64,000 bases of DNA, from assembly GCA_009103225.1 (NCBI GenBank), contig RHPI01003753.1, positions 127,041 through 191,040 of the forward strand, read 5' to 3'. A program made the position numbers and the translations under genes. The notes beneath the pieces were generated by a model. That model made no database searches and had not been told where the DNA came from. It was given only the letters and a program-made list of their open reading frames with translations. Shown here piece after piece: positions 1 to 9,500 of the stretch (positions are counted from its first letter, which is position 1; every line of letters begins with the position of its first letter). The DNA comes from Chlorokybus atmophyticus (Eukaryota > Plantae > Mesostigma and Chlorokybus algae).

Positions 1-1089
1 TCCGGGTTGTTCTACCGCTGGGGACTGGACATCCTCGGAGACCTAGCGCCCTCAGCGCGAGGCAACCGCTACATCCTCGTCATGATCGAGCACTTCTCCA
101 AGTGGGTGGAGCTGGTGCCCCTGCCCGACAAGAGCAGTGAGGGAGTAGCCCAGGCTTTCCTCTCCCATGTACTCGGACGTTTCGGCAGCTGCGCTGAAGT
201 CATCACCGACCAGGGTACGGAGTTCAGAGGAGCCTTCGACAAGCTTATCGACAGATGCTTCATCGACCACCGTCGCACCTCACGCGACCACCCGCAGGCC
301 GACGGCCTCGCCGAGCGTACCGTGCAGACCATCAAGAAGGCACTGCGCAAGTACGTCCTTGCCTACGAGAAGAATACCTGGGATGATCACCTCCCATGGG
401 TAGCAATGGGCTACCGGCTGTCCAAGCAGGCAGCCCTGCGAGAGTACAGCCCATACTATCTACTGTTCGGAAGGCAGCCATTGCTCCCTTTCCGCGCACA
501 GCAGGAGGTCGACAGAGTGGTGGACAATCTCGACAACCCCGACGAGATGTTGTATGATCTGACAGTGCGCAGTGCGCTGTTCGAACACACAGTCCCCATG
601 GCCTTCAACAACCTGCGCATCGCGCAGCACCGCGACACGCTGCGTTACGAGCGTGTGCGCAGTGGTTTCTACAAGGAGCGGGAGCGCCGCTTCGAGTCAG
701 GAGACTTCGTCTACCGTATGGCGTCTACACGCGACACCCTCGATACCTCCGTCGGGCGTGCTGTCTACAAGGTATTGAAGGTGCACCCCACAGGGGTACT
801 GGACCTGTTGGGACAACGAGGCGAGCGCATGAAGGACAACATGGTCAACTGTGCGCCCTGTCATCTCCCCTACATTGCTGGCTTCACCAAGATCCAGCAC
901 TCGCGTCCGCTGCGCAGCACCCGATGCGAGAAGTGTGGCAGCGCCGACGACGACCCATTGATGATGTTATGCGACGGCTGTAATCAAGGCATGCACTGCT
1001 ACTGCCTTGACCCTCCACTGGACGCAGTACCCTTGTGGGAGTACTGGTGCGATGACTGCCGCATCAACGGTCCCCCATACAGTCGGTAG
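1..1089 (+). CDS. Ty3/Gypsy-type LTR retrotransposon Pol, 3' part (5'-truncated by window): integrase catalytic core followed by C-terminal PHD finger
   Basis: Intronless 360-aa ORF open at the window edge. rve DDE core: WGLDILG...EVITDQGTEF...HPQADGLAERTVQTIK. C-terminal C4HC3 pattern CEKC...LCDGCNQGMHCYCLDPPL...WCDDC. Confidence 0.9.
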   Translation, partial: SGLFYRWGLDILGDLAPSARGNRYILVMIEHFSKWVELVPLPDKSSEGVAQAFLSHVLGRFGSCAEVITDQGTEFRGAFDKLIDRCFIDHRRTSRDHPQADGLAERTVQTIKKALRKYVLAYEKNTWDDHLPWVAMGYRLSKQAALREYSPYYLLFGRQPLLPFRAQQEVDRVVDNLDNPDEMLYDLTVRSALFEHTVPMAFNNLRIAQHRDTLRYERVRSGFYKERERRFESGDFVYRMASTRDTLDTSVGRAVYKVLKVHPTGVLDLLGQRGERMKDNMVNCAPCHLPYIAGFTKIQHSRPLRSTRCEKCGSADDDPLMMLCDGCNQGMHCYCLDPPLDAVPLWEYWCDDCRINGPPYSR

Positions 1090-1127
1090 GAACTGAGTTC
1101 TGGAGCAGAGGGATGCCCCAGAATCTC

Positions 1128-1148
1128 GAGGGGGGGAGCTTGTTGACT
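1128..1148 (+). mobile_element. Polypurine tract and probable start (TG...) of the 3' LTR
   Basis: GAGGGGGGGAG-CT (1128-1140) lies 39 nt after the pol stop and is immediately followed by TGTTGACT (1141), the canonical PPT-LTR junction. The LTR right end was not identified. Confidence 0.65.
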
Positions 1149-1314
1149 GTGTGCACTACAACACAGTCTGTACACAAAGGTGGCAAGCGGCATCGGCTCG
1201 TCCACTGCATTAAACACCGCGTAGGCTCATCTTCAAGCCTATGCCCACGATTGGGGGGTTGTCTTTTGCTTGCATGACTCCAATGCAATGCACGGCACTA
1301 GCATGCGTGCAGCA

Positions 1315-2097
1315 CTAGCACTCCTCCGCAGCCTGTCCGAGACAAGGTTGCCCTCGACCATGACAGGCACGACATGCTGCAGCAGCGGTTGGCTGCGGTC
1401 GTGGCGCTATGCTATTGGCGATGCTCACCACAAGCGGCCTAAGAAGGAGGGCTTCGTGGAAGTCCTCCTCCTGAGGGGTAACGGGGATTCCAGTAGGTAA
1501 GTACGTCATGTTGGTCTGCCGCCGGCGTGCGGCATCCACGATGTGCGTCGAGATGGCCTGCTGAGGACCTGGCTGGCGTGCACCCTCGTGTGCGAAGCCG
1601 GGCTCGGACACAGCTAACCACGGTGTTTCGCCAGAGAAACGCTCAGAAGTGCCGCCCTGTAGCTGAGTCAAGCGGTGCAGCCGAATGCAGGCGCGTGATC
1701 GGGCACGCTCGCGTACATAGCGCAGAGGGGACACTTCGCCGTTGTGGACAGCCCGCCACAAAGACTCAAAATAATACATTTGCTGAGCATAAGCGCCGAG
1801 CTCAGCGGCATTGGTGGGCACATCGCCGACTACATGCTGAAGCAGCGTAGCGTCCGCAGGCAGAGGGAGGTTGGCGGCCACCGGCGCGGGTTGAGGTGGC
1901 GATGGCGGGAGCAGCGCGTCAGGGTGGTGTGCGGCTGCTCGTGCCTATGCGCTGGGCTGAGGATCTTCTAGCAGCAGTGGGGTTGTGGAGTCCATGCGCG
2001 GTTGAAGAGCCAGAGGTTGGCCATGCATGAGGTCATTGGCCATTGTGCCACAATCGGCAAGGGTGATGAGCCACCGTTGCGCTAAATCATGGATGCG

Positions 2098-2184
<87 letters not shown>

Positions 2185-4816
2185 NTGTTGAGCCGTTGCT
2201 GCAAGGGTGCCGTGAGTGTAGCATCGTCGGGGACGAGGTGAACTCGATGTGCCATCTCTTGCACCCTGTCGGTGACAAGGTAGTCAAGTCCTGCCAAATC
2301 CGCGAGAAGGACAGGGTCCAAGACATCCGCTAAGAACGGGTCGCGCTGGGTGGCGTCTTGTGTTTAGAGAGCCCAACGCTCCACGTTTTCAGGGGAAGGC
2401 CAGACACGTGGCCATGGTGCCTCCTGAAGTTTTATCGCAGTTAGGCTTGAAACTCCTGCTCTCGCGCTGCGGCTGTGGGGATTGGTCCACCTCTTGCGAC
2501 CCGGCAATGTTTTCGCTGCAGGGTTGCACGAAGATCCTCGTAGCGGTCAATGGCTGCATCCCACCATTGTAGCGCGCCACGCTCCTCAAGAGTGAGAGGG
2601 AGGTGTCTGGTGCTGAGGTGGAGTGGTCGCAGAGGCTGAAGAACGGAGAGGTGCGGGGCCAAATGGTGGCCAGGCGAGCCAAGGCCAGATGATGCTAGAC
2701 GAGCCTTCGTGATCAGTCCATCTCAGTCCTCGTCCGCTGCCCAGCTTCAGTGTTGTCGGCGAACGTGAGTATCCAGTAAAATGCGCTGGCCAGAGTGAAT
2801 GGAGGTCGGTGGTTGGGCAACTATTCCAGGCGATTGCGCTGGGGATGTTTTGTGGTTGTGTCCGCTTGATTCGGAGGCGCAGCCAACATTTGAACAAGAA
2901 GTGTCAGGTGTTCAATGATGCATGCGCGAAGTGACGCCTCCCCCTTTCGTTTGAGAGGTGTCCTGAAATAGACCCGTGGCAAACGTGCGAGAGTGCGGCC
3001 AGCCAATTGTCCGTCATCCTGGGGCAACTCCCATGGTTGTTGTTGCATTCGGCCGGACGGCAGCCTATGGGCTCTGACCAACGCCTGCCTGCTTGCCTGC
3101 ATGAGTTCTCAGCGTTGGGCATTGCCTTCCACACCAGGCCGGAGCAAGTCTGCTAGTGCTAATGGTGCGGGTGCCGCGGGGTCAACCACTGGTGGTGCCT
3201 CTGGGGGATCCACACGCTGACGCTGTGCAGGAGGGGACTTGAACCGGTCACGCTCAGGGGTTGTCTTGCGGCCCGAACGGGTGGTGGTACCCACGAACCT
3301 TCGTGGCAACGCGGAGCATGCAGCTAGGTTTTTACAATTGAGGAGATCCTTCAGCTCGTCTCGACGGCTGCGAAGGTCCTCAATATGTGCGAGAAGCTCG
3401 TCCTTCTCTCCCTGCAGGTCGGGCGCGCCCCTGATGACAGAGGCTACCTTGACGGTTTTACCCTGAGAGAGACTTCTGCTTGCTGTTGCTGGCCTGACCA
3501 GCTTTCTCCTTTCCCTTGTGGTTGTTGTAACTGTTTTTATTGGCGTAGTTGTTGTTGTTGCCACCAGCCGATGAGGGGCTCTTTTTCAGAGCTTCTCGGA
3601 GCTCCGGGTGCAACGTGTAACATACTACCTCGAGGTGCCCCTCCATGCCGCAGTGGTTGCAGTGGGTATCGGTGCGTTGCATAGGGCATTCTCTCATGCT
3701 GTGTCCTTCCTTGCCACACTTGTGACAGGGCATGTGGGGGTTGTCTTCGATGCGCACAACAGCGTAGGCAGCGCGCGTGTGCTTGGGTTGCGCAGAGGTT
3801 GAAGCAGGAGTGGCTGCTGCTTCGACGTGAAAGGCCGTTGATCTCAAGAGCAGCCAACTCCTGTACCATCTCTTCTTGCCAGTGTACGGCGCTCGTGTAG
3901 GCTTGCCACAGAGAGTAGCCGGGTGTGCCAGCCAAGTCGGTCTTAACGTGCTTGCGGAGGTTCTCCTCGAGATTCTCTACATACACAATGGCCACGTGCT
4001 GGACATTGACAAGGGGCATGCCGCCCAAGGTGGTCTTGTCGACCAGCATGACGACGCGCTCGTAGGATTGGACAGGGGTTTTTTGGGTCTTCCGCCTGAA
4101 ACGGATGAGCTCCTGGGCCTTCTTTGCGGTAGGCAGGGAAGCAATGGTTAAGACATGTGATGAGGTCTTCCCAGGGTGACAGTGGTGACGCTGGCTCAAC
4201 CATGTCCTCAGCAACAGGTGGTTGACGGGCTGCCGGAGGAGCAGGGGTGTTGACTACTGTTGTCAACGCGAGGGCGTAGGCCGTACAGGCTGCTTGGCAC
4301 CTATTGGCGTAGTCCGCTGGCGTCTCGACGTCCAACATCGTGTGTGCCACAAAGGGCCTGGTAACGGCAGTGGTGGTCCCCGATGCGCTGCTCCCCGTGT
4401 CAGTGACGTCGGTTGGGGGAGGAGTGGTTTCTCGTAGAGGGCGCGAGGCCGCTCTTTGCGTCACAGTCTGTGCGTGAGGGGCGCCCAATCTTTCCGCAGC
4501 AGATGGCTGGACCAGGGCCGGAATTGGAGCGGAGAAGTCTCTCGTCTTCGAGAAGGTCGTGAGCGGTGGCGACTTCATGCCACACAGCCGCAGCGACATT
4601 GTCCAAGTAATTAGCAGCAAGACGGAACTTCTGGTGGTCGTTCCAGTTGCTGTTGGCTCGGATCTTGACGATAAGAACAATGGAGTTGAAGCGGTTGATC
4701 CATTCTCTCAGAGAGTTTGCTGCTCAAGTGAAGACGAGCTTCCCTGTTGCCGCTGCTGCTTCCATTGTTGCGGTTGCCATCTAAGGCAGCCATGTCTTTT
4801 TCGCTGTTTGAATTGA
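1315..4816 (-). pseudogene. Degenerate retroelement gag-like ORF (frameshifts/stops) with tandem CCHC zinc knuckles
   Basis: Minus-strand fragments: PWEDLITCLNHCF (~4170-4130), shifting into KAQELIRFRRKTQKTPVQSYERV (gag-capsid-like), then CHKCGKEGHSMREC and CNHCGMEGHLEVVC (CX2CX4HX4C x2, ~3730-3620). Further fragments run down to 1315, with an in-frame stop at 1945-1947. No protease or RT motif recognised. Confidence 0.7.
2098..2185. other. Assembly artefact: 87-nt poly-C run ending in N
   Basis: Homopolymer C at 2098-2184 plus n at 2185, interrupting the gag-like ORF. Confidence 0.85.
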
Positions 4817-5212
4817 GGTCGATGAGGGAAGGAAGACAGTAACTCGCAGCAGTAAGTGGGTTGTCAACACCCACTTCGTCAGCTGTTGTAGTGGAAGAAT
4901 CTGGGGCGACGTCTGCTAGAGATATAGCCGATTCAGCCCGCCTCAAGCCTCTGAACGACCTTGCTTTGCGTGCTCCCAGGTGAGTCCCTGACTCCTGTGA
5001 GGCATGCACACAGCGCGCAAAGAGCACTAGCAAGGCAAATACGAGTGCACAATACGAAAGCGATGACTGAGTGCTGTGGAGCGAGTTGCAAGTCAACAAG
5101 CTCCTGAACAAGGACGCTTGGAGAATGCACACAGCGGTCACGCAATGTATGTATGCGGGGATAGTTAGCTAAGTAAGACAAGATCACACACTACGAGCAC
5201 TGAACGTGCGAA

Positions 5213-6809
5213 CGTCGCAAAATGTTTCTCCTGCGGGCCGATTAAATATTGGCAGCGGCCGTGCACCTGAGGATGCTCATTTAAACTGTCGTTACAGGTG
5301 GACTGAGGTGTACCTCAGTCCACCTGTAATCTCGATACAGAGACCTGAGTATAACGGCCGTCATCATCAGTCGGCGGCCGTCTTAATAAAGGAACTGACC
5401 TAGACTGACAGGTACCTGTAAGGTACCCATCAGTCAGGTAAAAGGGACTTAACCTAACTAGTAGGTAATTAACCGGTACCTATCAGTTAGGTACCGGCGA
5501 CTGTACACTAAGTAAGTGTGATTGACAGGTACCTTATGGTACCTTCAAGGTACTTGCCGTTGCAGAAGGGTACCGCTACAAGTACCTGTCATTGCTGTGT
5601 AGTCATCATTGAATACCTCGCATCAACTGTGAAAGACGGCGTTTTAGAAAAAAAAATCAGAAAGTGATAAAGGAAAAAAAATTGCAAGTCATACCACTAT
5701 GCCACATTGTACACTACTGAGCTGCTACTACCACTCTAGTATACTAAGGCCTTAAACTAGTAGACTAAGTCGCCGCTCCTGCGCTCACTGCACCGCGCTC
5801 CACCTCCGCCGCCGCTCCTTCTTCGACGCCGCTTCAGGAAAGCATGCAAGCTGTTCAATCAAACAAATGCCATCAACAGCAACATATACAACATATGCAC
5901 TCGGATGCTGCCCCTTACCATGTACCGCCACCGCCGCCGCCGCCGCGCCTGGCTTGGCCTGGCCTAGCCTGGCCTCGCCTGGCCTGGGCTGACCGCCCCG
6001 AGGCAACAAGGAAGGGCGGTTAGGTTGCATGCGCCACTGCCCATACCAAGCGTCACAGCATGTAGCAAACAAGCTTGCTATTGGCCATTGCCACCGCCAC
6101 CGCCGCCGCCGCCGCCGCCCAGCAACTGGTTGAACAGTCTCCACTTGAAGCCGTCGAGCTTTTGAATCACTTGGGGCAGCCCAAGTGATTCAAACGAGTT
6201 GATACGATGGCACCGGCGTACCATTAGAATGGTACGCCGATGCCATTGTGTCAGACAATGGAACTATCTTACTATGATGGTCACATTTGAATGGTACATT
6301 CGAACGTCGTACCATTACAGTACGCCAATCGCATTGTGTCACCGTCCGTTTTAAAGGTAATACCGGCATTGCTCGCCGCCGAGCCGGGACGGGCAGTCAC
6401 TTGCTTATCGTGATTGATAAGCAACAGGCAGGTTATCGCCGCGCTACGTGGACGACCGGCGGTCGACCGTCACATTAAACACGCGACGAGGGACGGCCGG
6501 TCACTTGCTTATCATCATTGATAAGCAATAGGTAGGCTGCCGCCGCGCACAATAGACGACTGGCGGTCGGCCGTCACAGTAAGCACGTGGTATAGTCACG
6601 TGCCACGACGGTGGCCTGCCACTGCAGGCAGGCCACCGTCGTGAGTAATTATCGGCCGGCGGCTGGCCGTCATCGAATGTTGCTTAGTAGCAACGGCCGT
6701 CCCATAAGTCGCTTCATAGACCTATCTGATAGGTCAGTTAGAGTCAGTTTGGGTCAGGCACTCGACAGTCCTTCAGTCCCTTGTCAGTCAGGGTGTAAAA
6801 TTTGCGACG
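5213..6809. mobile_element. Putative non-autonomous DNA element with short inverted ends and hairpin-rich subterminal regions
   Basis: CGTCGCAAA (5213-5221) / TTTGCGACG (6801-6809) with AA on both outer sides. AACTGACCTA (5393-5402) is inverted at 6730-6739. Multiple perfect hairpins at both ends; low-complexity non-coding core ~5640-6150. Confidence 0.5.
6386..6593 (+). repeat. Two tandem ~104-bp units, each with a TTGCTTATC...GATAAGCAA hairpin
   Basis: Units begin GGGACGG at 6386 and 6490 and align along their length. Confidence 0.8.
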
Positions 6810-7872
6810 AATGCAAGCAAGCACAGTCACAATTGAACAGTGAGTTGGCTACAGGCAAGCACTGCAGCAGTGTAGGGATGATGCTGTGTGAAGGTAGCAA
6901 ATGCGATGGCCACAAGCATGAGAGCAAGGGTGTACACTTACAGGTGTACAGGCAAAGGTAGGTCGGGGGGAAAACACTGTCTGTCGAAATAGCTGGCACG
7001 CTAGCAGCGTATATACAACTATCACTGAAGTACTGGTACTGTGGACTCTACTTCGCTGACCCTTGGGTGCTCGTCGGCTCGGAGGTGGGCCGACTGGTTA
7101 GTCTCGGGCCGTGCCACCGCCGCTTTTGCTCCAGTCCGTCTACTTGCAACTCACTGCTGACGCTTCTGGCGGGAGTTGCCTAAGTGGGGTGTCAACGCGG
7201 CCCGCCGCTACAGGGACTGCGTCCCTATTGGTGGAGGCCGGTGCAAGCAGTCGGCTGTCACGCAGCCTGCCGACATAAGGATTGCGTCCTGATTGGCGGG
7301 GCGGGGGGCCAGCAGTGGACACGGATCGATCGATCTGGACGTTATCAGGGCAACACAGGTGGGTGATGAAGTGTGAGGGGGAAGTGCGTGTCGAGAGTCA
7401 GCACCGTGACATCTGTCTACATCTTATGCTTACCAAATAAATATGCAGAACAGTGATTGTGCTTGCATAATACCGGAATGGTTATTGTAATATCTTTTAC
7501 ATCTGTAATTCAAGAAGTATCAAATTTGGCTTTTCGTGGTCATGTGGCCGACATGGCCGTATCGAGTGCGAACAAGTACGCCACAGCAGCCCATTCAATT
7601 ACTGATATTAATTTGCTACGGTCTCATCAAATCAGCAACAGCTTGAAGTAACCATCTTTCGTTGCACACATCACTTAATGTGTGATTCACATTTTCAAGC
7701 AAGGAATCTCTTGCAAGTGTATGTTGCAAGTGTGTCAGTTTGGGGGCCATTGGTCACCCAAACCGGTTTTGGGGCTCCACAGCCACCGTCGACCATCGAC
7801 ACTCCGTGGCATCAACACTCCGTGATACTGTCGATGTACTTGCGGGCGGTGGCGGCACCGGCGGCGGCGGCG

Positions 7873-8945
7873 ATGGCGGGCGGCGACGATGCCTCCGCTG
7901 GCTCAGGCGACCGCTGCCTGTTCGTCTTCAAGAGCGAGACGACGGGCTTGGACCTGGACAGGGACCAGATCATCAAGCTGAGCCTGGTGAGGGCGGACGT
8001 CCCCACCGCCGCCCGGGACTGGCTGGTGCGACCGGTGGACCCAGCAACGGGAGAGAGGGAGCACGTCACGAACGAAGAGTTCCATGGAGTCGCGGACAAT
8101 CTCCTAGACGCCGCCCCAACCTTTAGAGAGGTGAGGACATACTTATCTATCTCTGCATGGGTTTAGCTGCTCACGTGCATGGCTGCTCTCATGCCCAACA
8201 ACACCAACGACACAACATCCAACATAACAACAACAATAAGGTCAAACAACAACCACAACAAGAAGAGCAACAGCGACAAGCAGGTGTGGCCTGAGGTGGC
8301 GGAGTGGGTCGAGGCCAACACGCCATCCGGTTGTTCTGTGGGCCTGGTGTCGCACTACCTGCAGTTTCACGAGGCGATGCTGCGCTCTGTTGCCAACCGC
8401 TTCGGGGTCGAGATACCGCAAGAGTGGGAGTTCCACTGCACGTACACCATGTCACAAGAAGTGAGTGCTTACATGCATGCGCACATTGTGCATGTTCGCA
8501 TGGGTGCGTGTGTGTGGGTGCGCATGTCCAAACTCGCCTATGTGTACACGTGTGTGAACAGAGAAGTATCATACAGCCTACATGCGAGTGGCGCGTGTGC
8601 ACGCTCCCGCATGTGCACATGTTTGCGCATTGGCGTGTGCAGTTACTGTTCCAATACTGGCACGCTACCAACGTGGTGAGACACACCATCTCATCACCTT
8701 TCCATCACCACCACGCACAGGTGTGGCCCGACCTCGGCGCGCGCAACTACCGTCTGAACAAGCTCTGCGAGCGTTTCAATCTGCCTGTGAGTGATACCGA
8801 TGACGGGCGTCCGGACGTGCTGTCAATACGAGCGCTGCTCATGGAGATAGCCAAGGCTGCTGGACATGCTGAGCTTGATGAGGGTGAGAAAGAGAGAGAG
8901 GAGAGGCTGGAGGCGGATGCACCGGCAAGCGAACGGGAGTCGTGA
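7873..8945 (+). CDS. DEDDh 3'-5' exonuclease-fold protein, DPD1/NEN-like, with catalytic residues substituted (exons 7873-8130, 8284-8460, 8721-8945)
   Basis: GT-AG spliced phase-0 exons give FVFKSETTGLDLDRDQII...FHGV...LVSHYLQFHEAMLR...EIPQEWEFHCT...YRLNKLCERFNL...DGRPDV. This is collinear with the ExoI/II/III motifs of DPD1-like exonucleases. The start could be 7834. Confidence 0.75.
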
Positions 8946-9500
8946 TGAGTGTTGCGAAATGTTGGTGTACATAAGCGGGTGTGTACATATCACGCGTGCA
9001 ATAATGTTGAGGACTTGGGTTATGTGAGTGTGCAGTAGTATTGGTGTAGGCGTGTCGTCCGCCTGTGCTTAGGTCGACCTAAGTAACCGTACATATTGGG
9101 CCAATACGACGATAGGGCAAGCATGAAGAGTTGCTACACATGACAGCACACATGTAGCAACTCTCTAAGTCTTTGAGGTCACTGCCTGCATGCGTGTGCG
9201 TACGCGGGTGTTTGATCAATCTCCACACCCGTCTCATACCCAATCACAATCATGCCAAGAGACAGGCACACCCGCGCATGTCTCCAACTACTGCCAGCAC
9301 ATTCTGTACGCAACACGTTGGCGTCTCTCAAACTTGCATACAAACAGACCAGCGCAAAGAGACACCCAATGTGACGCATGTTGAGCGTAGCGTGTATACC
9401 GCACCAACTCGCATGATCGCAGTACCAGTTGCGGACCGGCCTACACGCACGCACACTTTAACACAAGAATACAACAAGTCCCACCCCACCCACCCCCTTT

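Noticed and set aside
2082-2326. ORFs with poly-Gly tracts
   Set aside because: They derive from the poly-C/N run, most likely a sequencing or gap-filling artefact.
6386-6650. Regularly spaced palindromic repeats as a CRISPR array
   Set aside because: Only two long units, no identical short repeats with unique spacers, eukaryotic context and no cas genes.
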